Positions 16,201-25,122 of a stretch of 64,000 bases of DNA are shown in pieces. The DNA is taken from contig OZ076409.1 in NCBI GenBank assembly GCA_964187785.1, positions 48,858,001 to 48,922,000 on the forward strand. Reading direction: 5' to 3'. The position numbers and the translations under genes were made by a program. A model generated the notes under the pieces. The model ran no database searches and was not told the origin of the DNA. It saw only the letters and a list, made by a program, of their open reading frames with translations. Within the stretch, counting starts at the first letter, position 1; each line of letters opens with the position of its first letter. The stretch comes from Amphiscolops sp. MND2022. Lineage: Eukaryota.

Positions 16201-16774
16201 TCGTAAACGATGTTTGTGTCAGCGCTTTCACGGAAACGGCCTCAAAAAGGGCATATCTTCTTTGCCCCAAGCCTTGCTTCAGAAGGAGGAACTGGTTTAC
16301 AAACGAGGACGGCGTGAGGGTCCCGAAGGAAGCAATTTCTGAGGAGCACCTCACTTTCTTTTGCCGAAAACCTGATGTTGACGAGCCGAATCGTGATATT
16401 TTAATCAGCTATGAGGAAGCCATCACGTATGTTCACCCGCGACCGTCACAAACTGTCAGAGGTTTGCACAAAATGCCGAAAAGAAAAACCCTCGTTCAAG
16501 ACCGTGGTAAGTTTGCTTATTTCAGTTACATCCTGGTTGTTTCGTCTTAATATACATAGTGGTAATGTAAGTGATAATATTCAACTCAAAACTGGTCACC
16601 TGGTTGAACATCCGTAAGGCTTACATTTGATTTTCGTATTTCCTAAAAAGACTTCAAAATGAAATTAATGGAGTGGTAATCGAATTCAATGTTTTTGTTT
16701 CAGAATTCAGACCATCTACTGATCGTTACGTTGCTTCGATCATGAGCCACCATGTCCCTGCATACAGCTTGTAG
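13208..16774 (+). CDS. Three zinc fingers plus JmjC histone demethylase (KDM2/KDM7-like); 9 exons: 13208-13277, 13374-13595, 13720-13847, 13992-14372, 14711-14815, 15013-15287, 15495-15840, 16143-16506, 16704-16774 (653 aa)
   Basis: All 8 introns are GT-AG and phase-consistent; total 1962 nt. JmjC motifs YLLISNDGRQTTWHTDFSSTSVFY..GSKTFFLVAPT and GDVFAMPSQYIHTVLT..VAIGTNFL keep HxD...H and the 2-OG-binding T and K. N-terminal C2HC-type fingers CGQGTC..RHRKVC, CQLC..KHYNTKYC and CYGRGC..VHLLKNPQC. Confidence 0.9.
14374..14636 (+). repeat. Imperfect tandem duplication in a JmjC-gene intron; each unit carries the 19-bp motif
   Basis: ttgaagcttgtatttttcgtaaaatatctggaacaactgcaatttgatccctg.cgtgagctcatt occurs twice, 131 bp apart. 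Confidence 0.9.
15967..16081. repeat. Fold-back palindrome, 57-bp arms, centre G16024, in a JmjC-gene intron
   Basis: ataatgttgatgatgacgttgtggctcacgacagggacc ... ggtccctgtcgtgagccacaaggtcatcatcagcattat. Confidence 0.93.
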
Positions 16775-16942
16775 TTGCGTACAGACTGAGTTGTGCTTAA
16801 GAAGTTCTCGATCATTGTTAACTGAACATGTTGAACTTTCTTGTCTCCGAGTTATTTGTTGTGCTCAGTAAGTTGTACACTGTGGCTCGGTATAAACTTG
16901 TAGCTTGAAAAACTGCTCTGGATTTTTCGAATGACCGTCAAC

Positions 16943-17302
16943 CAGGGGTGTTAAATATTGCATTGCAATACTATTGCAATACTAATAAAACAATCTTTTG
17001 TTATTCTGAATTTTGTTGAAACAATAATTGCAATTATTGTGTCTATGAAAAAGATTGTTTGAAGAACCAATCAAATCAATTTGTTGATCAAATTAACATC
17101 CGAAAATTGTTCGTTGATCATTATTAGTTTGACTGAAAAGTCCGCCAAATTGGAAGTATTTGGTACCCAACTCATGTCTCCGAATTCTTTCCTTATTGTG
17201 AAAAATCAACAATGTATTGTATTTGATAACGTTCTGAAAATAATTATTGTATACAATTTTATTGCAATTATTGTGACCTAGAATAATTTTTTAACAACCC
17301 TG
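16943..17302. mobile_element. hAT-type MITE (360 bp)
   Basis: TIRs CAGGGGTGTTAAA / TTTAACAACCCTG; 8-bp TSD CCGTCAAC at 16935-16942 and 17303-17310. Confidence 0.92.
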
Positions 17303-18633
17303 CCGTCAACAACCTGGTATTTTTTGTTCATAGCAAATTCAGCAAAACATTCAGCAAATTATTACGGCAAAGTCCAATTACCTCATAGTCTAGTTAAAAT
17401 CTTTATTTTAACTAATAATTTCACGGTAAAAAAATTGTTGTTGACCATTATTCAATTATTAGGTTACTATTCATTCAATAAGTTAATGTGTACAATTTAC
17501 CTTCGATTTATAGTGCATTCAAAGTTTGTACAGCCTTGATCGTTTGTAAGTTTGTAATGTTCTGAATTGTATCAACTGTGTTTTGGACAATTACTGTCGG
17601 AAATGTCGAGTAGTTGTTCCCAAAAAAAGAGGGACATCTACCGTCGGAAATATCGGGTGGTTGTTTCCAAAAAAAATATCAAATACCGTCAAAATCAATC
17701 ATTGATGGCCGCCGGAAATCATCGGGTCATCGGAAGGGAGTTTCCAATTAACTTCGCCTTTGTGCTCCCTTGCATCGTATGTTTTCTCTTTCAGTACAGG
17801 CCGAGTATGAATAATAGAAGCAAAAGCCTCTTTGTTAAGGAGAAAAACAGTGTTTAAGGTTGTTTAAGAATAGAAAAACGGTCAAACGTCCCAATTCAGA
17901 TTCAGTTGTCTGTAACTTTTTCAATTTTCGTCTGAAAAATTTCAAAGTTAAACTAGTGTAAACTAGAAAAAAATTTAAGAATAGTTTCCTTCTGACAATT
18001 TTACAAATTTTCAATCGATTCCGAAAAAATCGAGCCTGAAAATGCTCGGGGGGTGTTTTCCTAATCACAGTACTAGAGCTCTCAACCAATGAAATGAACA
18101 TGTGGGCATCAATTAGCCAATGATATCTATTCGTTCGTTCCGCCGGCGGCTGCTGTTTTTCAAAAGTTGATAAAAGTACTTCAAGTTGACTCAAGTTTGT
18201 TATGTTTGCTATAGACCAAGACTCAAGTTGTTTTAATTATTCTTGACGCAGCTCGGAGAAGCAACATAAATACAGGTTACCTTTTGATCCGTCGTGAGCA
18301 AATATAAAACAGAGTTGCTAAACCGTATTTTAAGTTAAGTACCAGCTCTGAGAAACTGTCTCTGTTTTCAACCACAGTATCCTTCTTTTCTTAGGATGTG
18401 TTTTCGGAAAGAAAACAACTTTCATTGAATATTGTATTTTGAATACAAAAATAGCACCAGTTTTATAATGGAATTTATGAACATTATAAAATCACAAAAA
18501 AATAATTGAAAATAAAAAATTTATCTCTTTTAGAGCAAATAAATAATGAGTTTTGAAACTTTAAAGTTTCAAAAATAGTGGAAAAGTCGTTGAAATCGTT
18601 TCAACGAAACTTTGAGTCCCTCGGGTTCAGACA

Positions 18634-19215
18634 TTATTTCAGCCTGAGCAGGCATCCTTGTTTCCTGCAGAGTGGGCACTTCACCCAAAGGGCACGATCA
18701 GTGCTTTCCCTGTGAATCACAGTGATCAAAATTTTCGAACGATATCTAGAATGAGTTTGTTTTGTAACCACGTGTGTACCAAAAATTTCAGGAATACAAA
18801 AATGTAAAGGACACGCCTCAAAAAATTGATCAGTGAAAATTATCAGAAAGGAAAAGCGAAAACAGCTTCAATAACAATTTTTCAAAGCAAAGTTCTGTGA
18901 AACTTACCTCTCAAGCACTTTGATCCAGGCTTGACGGCACTGATTGCATATCGCGTGTTTATCATGGAGAATCCAAAAACGCGAAAAGATCTTCTCTCCA
19001 CAGACAGCGCAAAGCATTTCCAGTTGGTTAATGTGTTTCAGGTGGTCAATAAGTACAATGATTTTTGAAAAGATATATCAGTCTTGTCACACGGTTGTTT
19101 GAAGATCGAATGGCCAACAATCGGCCCGGGACATATAGAACACATCGTACGAAAGATTTGAACTTTATTTTGTCATTATCTTGTTTCTATGTACGAACAA
19201 CTGGCTTTGTTTCAT
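18634..19215 (-). pseudogene. Spliced RING-finger gene not on the ORF track; exons 19215-18908 and 18709-18634; three in-frame stops upstream of the RING
   Basis: AG|gtaagt ... ttcacag|G gives MLCAVCGEKIFSRFWILHDKHAICNQCRQAWIKVLERESTDRALWVKCPLCRKQGCLLRLK*. The same frame from ATG 19215 contains TAA, TGA, TGA. A 61-aa product from ATG 19017 remains possible. Confidence 0.75.
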
Positions 19216-19516
19216 GACTTGACAACTTGCAAGTCCTTTTAATCCTTTCACTTAGTAACCACCTAGTTAATTTATAACCTCTGTACCTGTAACAAATAAC
19301 CGTCTCCACTTATTATTTGGTTTAGTAAACCAACGCGGTACTTCGGTAGTGCCACTTTCATTCATTTCAAAATAAGATGATAGTCAAGATGATTCTTTCA
19401 TCTCAGTTATTATGTCGATATAATTGTATTTGTTTCAATGGTTTCAAAAAATGAAATAATTAATACTTTACAGAATTGAATGACGTACATATGTATGTTT
19501 ACAAAGTTTATGGAAT

Positions 19517-19714
19517 TAACAAAGTTCTTTCATTTATCACTACTAAAAAATTAATAACGTACATATGTGGTTTTGATCCCTGTCGTGAGCAACATCAAGT
19601 TGTAACAAATAGTCTAACAAAGTTCATTCATTTATCACTACGAAAAAATTAATAACGTACATATGTGGTTTTGATCCCTGTCGTGAGCAACATCAAGTTG
19701 TAACAAATAGTCTA
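19517..19714 (+). repeat. 98-bp tandem duplication carrying an extended motif module that recurs near 23221, 23324(-) and 24441
   Basis: aaaaattaataacgtacatatgtggttttgatccctgtcgtgagcaacatcaag is near-identical at five positions. Confidence 0.92.
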
Positions 19715-19794
19715 TACGAATCTAAAACTCTGTTTGAGTCTAAAACTCTCTATCAATCTGAAATGTCTATTACCAAATCTCCAAGTACTTAAAC

Positions 19795-20116
19795 GATTAT
19801 TTAATTACCACTGCAGTAAATTTAGAATTGAGGCGTGTTGAATAAGGACAACTGCCAGTGAAGGTGCCACAGGCTGTTCAGTGAAGGTTTGTCGAAAACT
19901 GCTGAGAAGTGCTTACACCGTGTAAGCATTAATTAACACCATTAACACCGTGACGATTAATTAATTACCACTGCAGGAAAGGGTAGATTTGAGGCATTTT
20001 AATTATGACTATTCAAATTTTGTCGATAACCGCAGCAAAGTCCTTACACGATTAACTAATTACAATTACGAATTGAGGCTTTCTAATAATGATTTCTGAA
20101 TTTCTGTCGAAAACTG
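19795..20116 (+). repeat. Three diverged direct repeats upstream of ORF 20317
   Basis: taattac...ttgaggc...tgtcga.aac.g units near 19795, 19955 and 20050. Confidence 0.7.
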
Positions 20117-20316
20117 AAAAGTCGATTCAGTCAAACCTTTTACAACGATACTGTCAACTTGCTTTCATATCTCTCGCAATCATCAACTTCTGTTTTCATC
20201 AAATCCTAATTTCATAATCAACTTCTGAACTTGTCAAAAACAGCAAAGTCAAATCAGTCAATTCTTTCGCATCAATATTATCAACCTTCTTTCTCTCGCA
20301 ATCATCAATATCTATC

Positions 20317-20754
20317 ATGTTCGATCCCGCAGCAATGCCAATCAGGTCGTGTATTCGTCCAATAGATGAAATGATCTCAAACTGTGGACTACCACACAGA
20401 AAAAACGTGCGTTTTGCTGACTCAGCACCAATCTCGGACTCAACCACCAATCAACTTGAAACAACTCCCACATATCCGAGAGCTTGGAGAATCAAAAGAA
20501 GGGCACCCATTCCTGAAACTCCAACTCCACTGGCACCCACTCTAATGCACCCACTCCACCAAAAAGCAGTCACTACGGTAGGATCAAAAACAGTGAGGTT
20601 CTCTTTCATAGAAAGGGCTGTATCACCGAATGGAGAAGTATCAGAGTCAGTCATTTCCTTCAATGACTCGGAAACCAATCCTTGTGACGAATACTGGAAA
20701 ACTGGGGCTCTCGACGACAGGCCGTACATAATGAACTGCCGAACAACACGATAG
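20317..20754 (+). CDS. Small (145 aa), probably disordered protein with two RVxF PP1-docking motifs
   Basis: Intronless ATG-to-TAG ORF, Pro/Thr/Ser-rich, with RKNVRF and KTVRF and an upstream RSCIR (SILK-like) segment. Confidence 0.55.
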   Translation: MFDPAAMPIRSCIRPIDEMISNCGLPHRKNVRFADSAPISDSTTNQLETTPTYPRAWRIKRRAPIPETPTPLAPTLMHPLHQKAVTTVGSKTVRFSFIERAVSPNGEVSESVISFNDSETNPCDEYWKTGALDDRPYIMNCRTTR

Positions 20755-20763
20755 AATATAAAG

Positions 20764-20822
20764 TTATTATTCTGCTCTTCTAGTACAGTTGACACAACTG
20801 TACTAGAAGAGCAGAATAGTAA
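20764..20822. repeat. Fold-back palindrome, about 28-bp arms, centre C20793
   Basis: tattctgctcttctagtacagttg-aca-caactgtactagaagagcagaata. Confidence 0.92.
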
Positions 20823-20835
20823 TTTTAAATGTAAC

Positions 20836-21201
20836 CAGGGCTACCGAAAAAATAATGGATCAAACCATTATCTTTGATAAATAATTTATTTCTAGTATAT
20901 TTCCATTCAGATAATTTATTTCTGTCATTCGAAAAATACCATAATTATTTCGGAATTTTCCATTATTTTAGAAATAAAATGATCTACAAAGCAAATAAAG
21001 GCGACGCTACCACCAAGGCAGCTTGCCGTATGTAGGCTATTGTAAATTTCTAACATATGCGAAATTATTTCATATAATTTAAAATTATGGCCATAATTTA
21101 TTTATTTGAGAGAATATTGTTATTTATGGGCATTAAATCTAAAATAAATCTATAAATATAAAAATAATGAAAAAAACTAAAAGAATTTTTCGGTAGCCCT
21201 G
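20836..21201. mobile_element. hAT-type MITE (366 bp)
   Basis: 16-bp perfect TIR CAGGGCTACCGAAAAA; 8-bp TSD AATGTAAC at 20828-20835 and 21202-21209. Confidence 0.95.
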
Positions 21202-21237
21202 AATGTAACATCGGTTCTAAAATCATTTCTGAATGTC

Positions 21238-21720
21238 GACGAAACAGTTTGGCTTCAGTACAGGGGTGTTCATTATTGTATTGTAATTTAAATCTAAGCC
21301 TACGAAAATCAATAATTCAATTTTCCACAAAAATCAATAATTGAAATTATTGTGCTCAAAAACACACTGATGAAGAAACTTAAATTGCTCTGCGAACTTT
21401 GAAAGTTTCTTTCTATAATAAGTCATCATAAATCTCGCTCGAGAGGATTTTTTTCAAGTAACCAACTTTTTCGATTTGTTAATGTTACACTGCAATTAAT
21501 AATTTCCCCCACAGGATTACGAGCAATCAATAATTGTTGGAAAACAGAGACGTAAAATCAATAATTGTAATTGTTTAACTTAAATTGAATTGCAATAATT
21601 GTTCTTTGCAATAATTAGTTGAACACCCCTGCTTCAGTATCTCAGTATCGGATGCGAATTTTACCTCCGGGGTAAAATTCGCATCCGATACTGAGATACT
21701 GAAGCCAAAACTGTTTCGTC
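21238..21720. repeat. Fold-back palindrome (centre C21668) whose left arm is split by the hAT MITE
   Basis: 21632-21665 pairs with 21671-21704. The right arm continues gaagccaaaactgtttcgtc, matching gacgaaacagtttggcttc at 21238-21256 on the far side of the MITE. Confidence 0.88.
21261..21631. mobile_element. hAT-type MITE (371 bp), related to 16943-17302
   Basis: TIR CAGGGGTGTTCA; 8-bp TSD CTTCAGTA at 21253-21260 and 21632-21639; internal CAATAATTG-rich repeats. Confidence 0.95.
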
Positions 21721-21879
21721 CAATCAGATTTTAGAACCAACCAACGAGTCGTCATCTGGAAGGACAAATTTTTCTGATGATCAACTTGCAAAGCGAACAA
21801 AAGATCGGTCGTCTCGACACGAACTTCTAGACCTATTACACAGTCTGAAATCCAACCTGTCAAACTTGAAAGCGAATGG

Positions 21880-23130
21880 TCAATGTGTGAACAACTTCTT
21901 GACTCAAGGACGACCTTCGGTGGACGAAATTGAAGATCTTTCCTACCCACTTGAAGAATGGATGGAGGAAATTTAACCCTTGGTTTCCCACTTCAATGCC
22001 CAAAACTTCGCAACCCTCAGTGAGGAGAATTTGAAGCAAGAACAAAACAAATGCCTGGAACTTCAAGAAGGGGTTCAAGCTCAGATAATCTCAATTGGCA
22101 AGTTACAGAAGAATATGTTGAGGCCTTGTACAGTAGTGATATTATTAAAAGCAACAAAAGGCAAATCTCAAAACCGAATATCTCTAAAACAGCAGCGATT
22201 TTTGAAAAATGATAAAGTGAAAGTTTCTTAGATTTTTATCTAGTTTACAAATATGTTTGTTTGAAGACTATGCGATGAAAATTGTAGAAGTTACGATAGG
22301 CCATTTTTAGCCAAATTTAGGTCAAAATTGAGGTTTTTCTCACTTTTGGGCTACTTTTCCCCAAAATTGTTGAAAAAATTTTTGTTCAATTGACCCCCCT
22401 GATTTAACTGAAGCTCCTGATATGTTTTGATTTAGAAATCATCTTAAAATCGTAAAGAAAATGCGCTGTAAAATTGAACTTTTTCGAAAATACATGTATT
22501 AAGATACGATTTTGAAATATAACCACTTAAAACAAGCTCGTACTAATACAATTTACAATATTTTCGAGAAAAAATTATATTGTCAGATTCAAAATGTTTG
22601 GGAGAATTTTTCTGTTAAAATTGTTTTGAAATCAAAAAATTGTAAGTGGGTCAAAAATTCAAAAAACTAAAAAATGATGTTTTGGAAATCGCTCTCGACC
22701 AATGAAATGAGCGCGTGAGACGTTATTTAGCCAATGAGATTTGTTTATTTGCTCTCTTTCCGCGTGCTTTGTTGCTTAATAATATAGTTGTTGTAGTAAT
22801 AATAATATCACTACAGTACAAAACCATTCAAAACTCACAGATTCAGAACAGCACACAAGATAACGAATCAGTGGCTAGTTTGAGCGACCGCGTGATCGGA
22901 ATCATGAACAGATACAACGCCATTTCTTCCAACGTGGAGGAAAGAGCGCAACAACTGTATTTCGACATAGAGGAGTCCTTACAGGTATTGAGATTGTGAT
23001 TGTTATGTATCCGAAGAAACTGAAAGAACAGCTGAAGAATCTATCGCAAGTTAGAACAAATCTGGAGGACACCGGTGCCGAAATTGACAAGATCAAGGCC
23101 AACGCTGAGCAAATGTTGAAGAGTAATCCT
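21880..23130 (+). pseudogene. Disrupted coiled-coil-like gene interrupted by a TA-flanked MITE and frameshifts
   Basis: Removing the MITE joins EEYVEALY|KTIQNSQIQNSTQDNESVASLSDRVIGIMNRYNAISSNVEERAQQLYFDIEESLQ. Helical E/Q/L-rich fragments lie on both sides in shifted frames. Confidence 0.5.
22131..22816. mobile_element. Tc1/mariner-type MITE (686 bp)
   Basis: TIR CAGTAGTGATATTATTA / TAATAATATCACTACAG (one mismatch), flanked by TA on both sides. Confidence 0.8.
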
Positions 23131-23190
23131 CACAATCGAATTTATTATTTCGAACAATATATTGTCAATTCATGATATTATTCATTTATT

Positions 23191-23407
23191 AAATAAAAAT
23201 ATAATTGATATTATTCAATAAAAAATTAATAACGTACATATGTGGTTTTGATCCCTGTCGTGAGCAACATCAAGAAACGTTGTAACTGGAGTAACTATCA
23301 TAGTTACTCCAGTTACAACGTTTCTTGATGTTGCTCACGACAGGGATCAAAACCACATATGTACGTTATTAATTTTTTATTGAATAATATCAATTATATT
23401 TTTATTT
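23191..23407. repeat. Perfect fold-back palindrome, 108-bp arms, centre C23299
   Basis: 23191-23298 is the reverse complement of 23300-23407; each arm holds the 19-bp motif. Confidence 0.96.
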
Positions 23408-23682
23408 CTGATGATAAAAAAATTATGATGAAAAAAATTATATTTTTAATTTATGATAAATTGAACAAGTAATTTTTGTCGAGCACAAATTCTAGCTGAG
23501 ATTACAAATCTCAACGAAAAAAACTTTTGCCCATTTTGATGTAGTTTTAAAGAGGCTCTCAGTTTGGGGATCACATAGTGTCGCCCGTAACAAGACCCAC
23601 GACGCGAACGTGGCCTCTGAAGGGTCTCAAAATCTAATTTACAAATTCTACAAAATTATACTAACTACACTTTTACAAAAAT

Positions 23683-23898
23683 TTAATTATACAAAATGCT
23701 ATTTACAGGTAATCTACAGTAAGGACATCTAACGAGGTCTGCACTCGCTAAACTATCTAAATAGTGTTTTATACACTCTCTACAAGCTAAATGTAATTTA
23801 TGTTCTAGGTGAAAACTTTGTAATTCTACTATTCTAAAGTTTTCGTAGCAGATCATGCATTCTTTATTCTTCGAAGCAGCAGCTTTCTTCACCCTCAT
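23683..23898 (-). pseudogene. RING-finger coding segment; upstream part appears frameshifted or decayed
   Basis: CMIC-x12-HLEHKLHLACREC...VRCPYCR. Upstream sequence to about 24139 has in-frame stops and a probable frameshift near 23865. Confidence 0.75.
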
Positions 23899-24169
23899 CG
23901 ATTGGGCTATTCAGAATGTTGGCTGTTGATTTAGAATGGCGAAAGGATAGAAGGAAGAATAAGAATAAGAATGAAATTTTAAAGACTTGTAGAGATTTTA
24001 GAGATTTGTATAGAGCGAGGGAAGAAATGAGTGAAAAAATGAAAGACTTCACGAAAAAGTTTCAATTTCGTAAATCCTTTCACGAACCATGCCGGGACTG
24101 AACGAAATTTTCACCGATACCGAACACCTGTGACGTCATAATTAACTGTATTGCATTTCTGATGCGCGC

Positions 24170-24302
24170 TAACCTTTCAGCTATATCGCCTTGAAAGAAA
24201 TCAATTACCATTCGCAAATGTTGAAGAGTCACTCTTCAACATTTGCGAATGGCCCATTCCCGGGGAATTGATTCCTTTCAAGGCGATATAGCTGAAAGGT
24301 TA
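24170..24302. repeat. Fold-back palindrome with an internal bulge, centre C24230
   Basis: taacctttcagctatatcgccttgaaag...ccattcgcaaatgttgaagagt-c-actcttcaacatttgcgaatgg...ctttcaaggcgatatagctgaaaggtta. Confidence 0.93.
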
Positions 24303-25122
24303 TAATAAATAAAAATAAATAAAAATAAAAATAAATGAATTAAAATATACAAATAATGAATTCGATTGTGAGGATTCATGATATTATTCATTTATTCAAT
24401 CGATTAAAAATTAATTGATGTTTATTGATATTATTCAATAAAAAATTAATAACGTACATATTTGGTTTTGATCCCTGTTGTGAGCAACATCAAGAGAAGT
24501 TGTAACAAATAATCTATACGAAGTTGAAACTTTATCAAAACGAAAACAGTAGTTTATGGAATACCGATCTTGAATTATTGAACTAAAAACGAAGTTTGGA
24601 CCATGTGCCTTATCCTCCCTCAGATAAATACTGTTTCTTATCCAACAACACCCCCCCATCCAAAACTTCCCAAACAAATGAAAGTATGTCTCATAATGAA
24701 GGGGCGGTTGCTTCATTGAACTTGGTAATTTTGGTCCCTGTCGTGAGCACTTCCTGTAGTCAGATTTACTGTTTATGCGATTTGATACTGTGTAGGCGAA
24801 TCAAGCAGTGTAGTTACGAGTCGGCGTGTGTAGCTCACCAGTAAAAACCCGTAATTGCCAGAACTATGTGTAAATATGAGATGCACAGTGTAGTTAGTCA
24901 AATTGCTTAAACTAGTCATATGGTGTAAGCTAGTCAATTACTGTACTATCCAATGGTGTAAACTAGTCAACGTACGTAGCAAAATCAACGAGTGTAACGG
25001 CCTATCAATGCGCGTAATGTGAGAAAAGTGTAAAACTTCCAAAAAAAAATATTCGCGCTCTGATTGGACAAAAATCGAACTAGCAGGATCCTGCTAGTTC
25101 GTACCGGCATGTGTATCGTAAT

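Noticed and set aside
24884..24890. CACAGTG as an RSS heptamer or Transib TIR end
   Set aside because: No nonamer at 12 or 23 bp and no partner end or TSD in the window; the heptamer also occurs at unrelated sites (14205, 18718, 62321).
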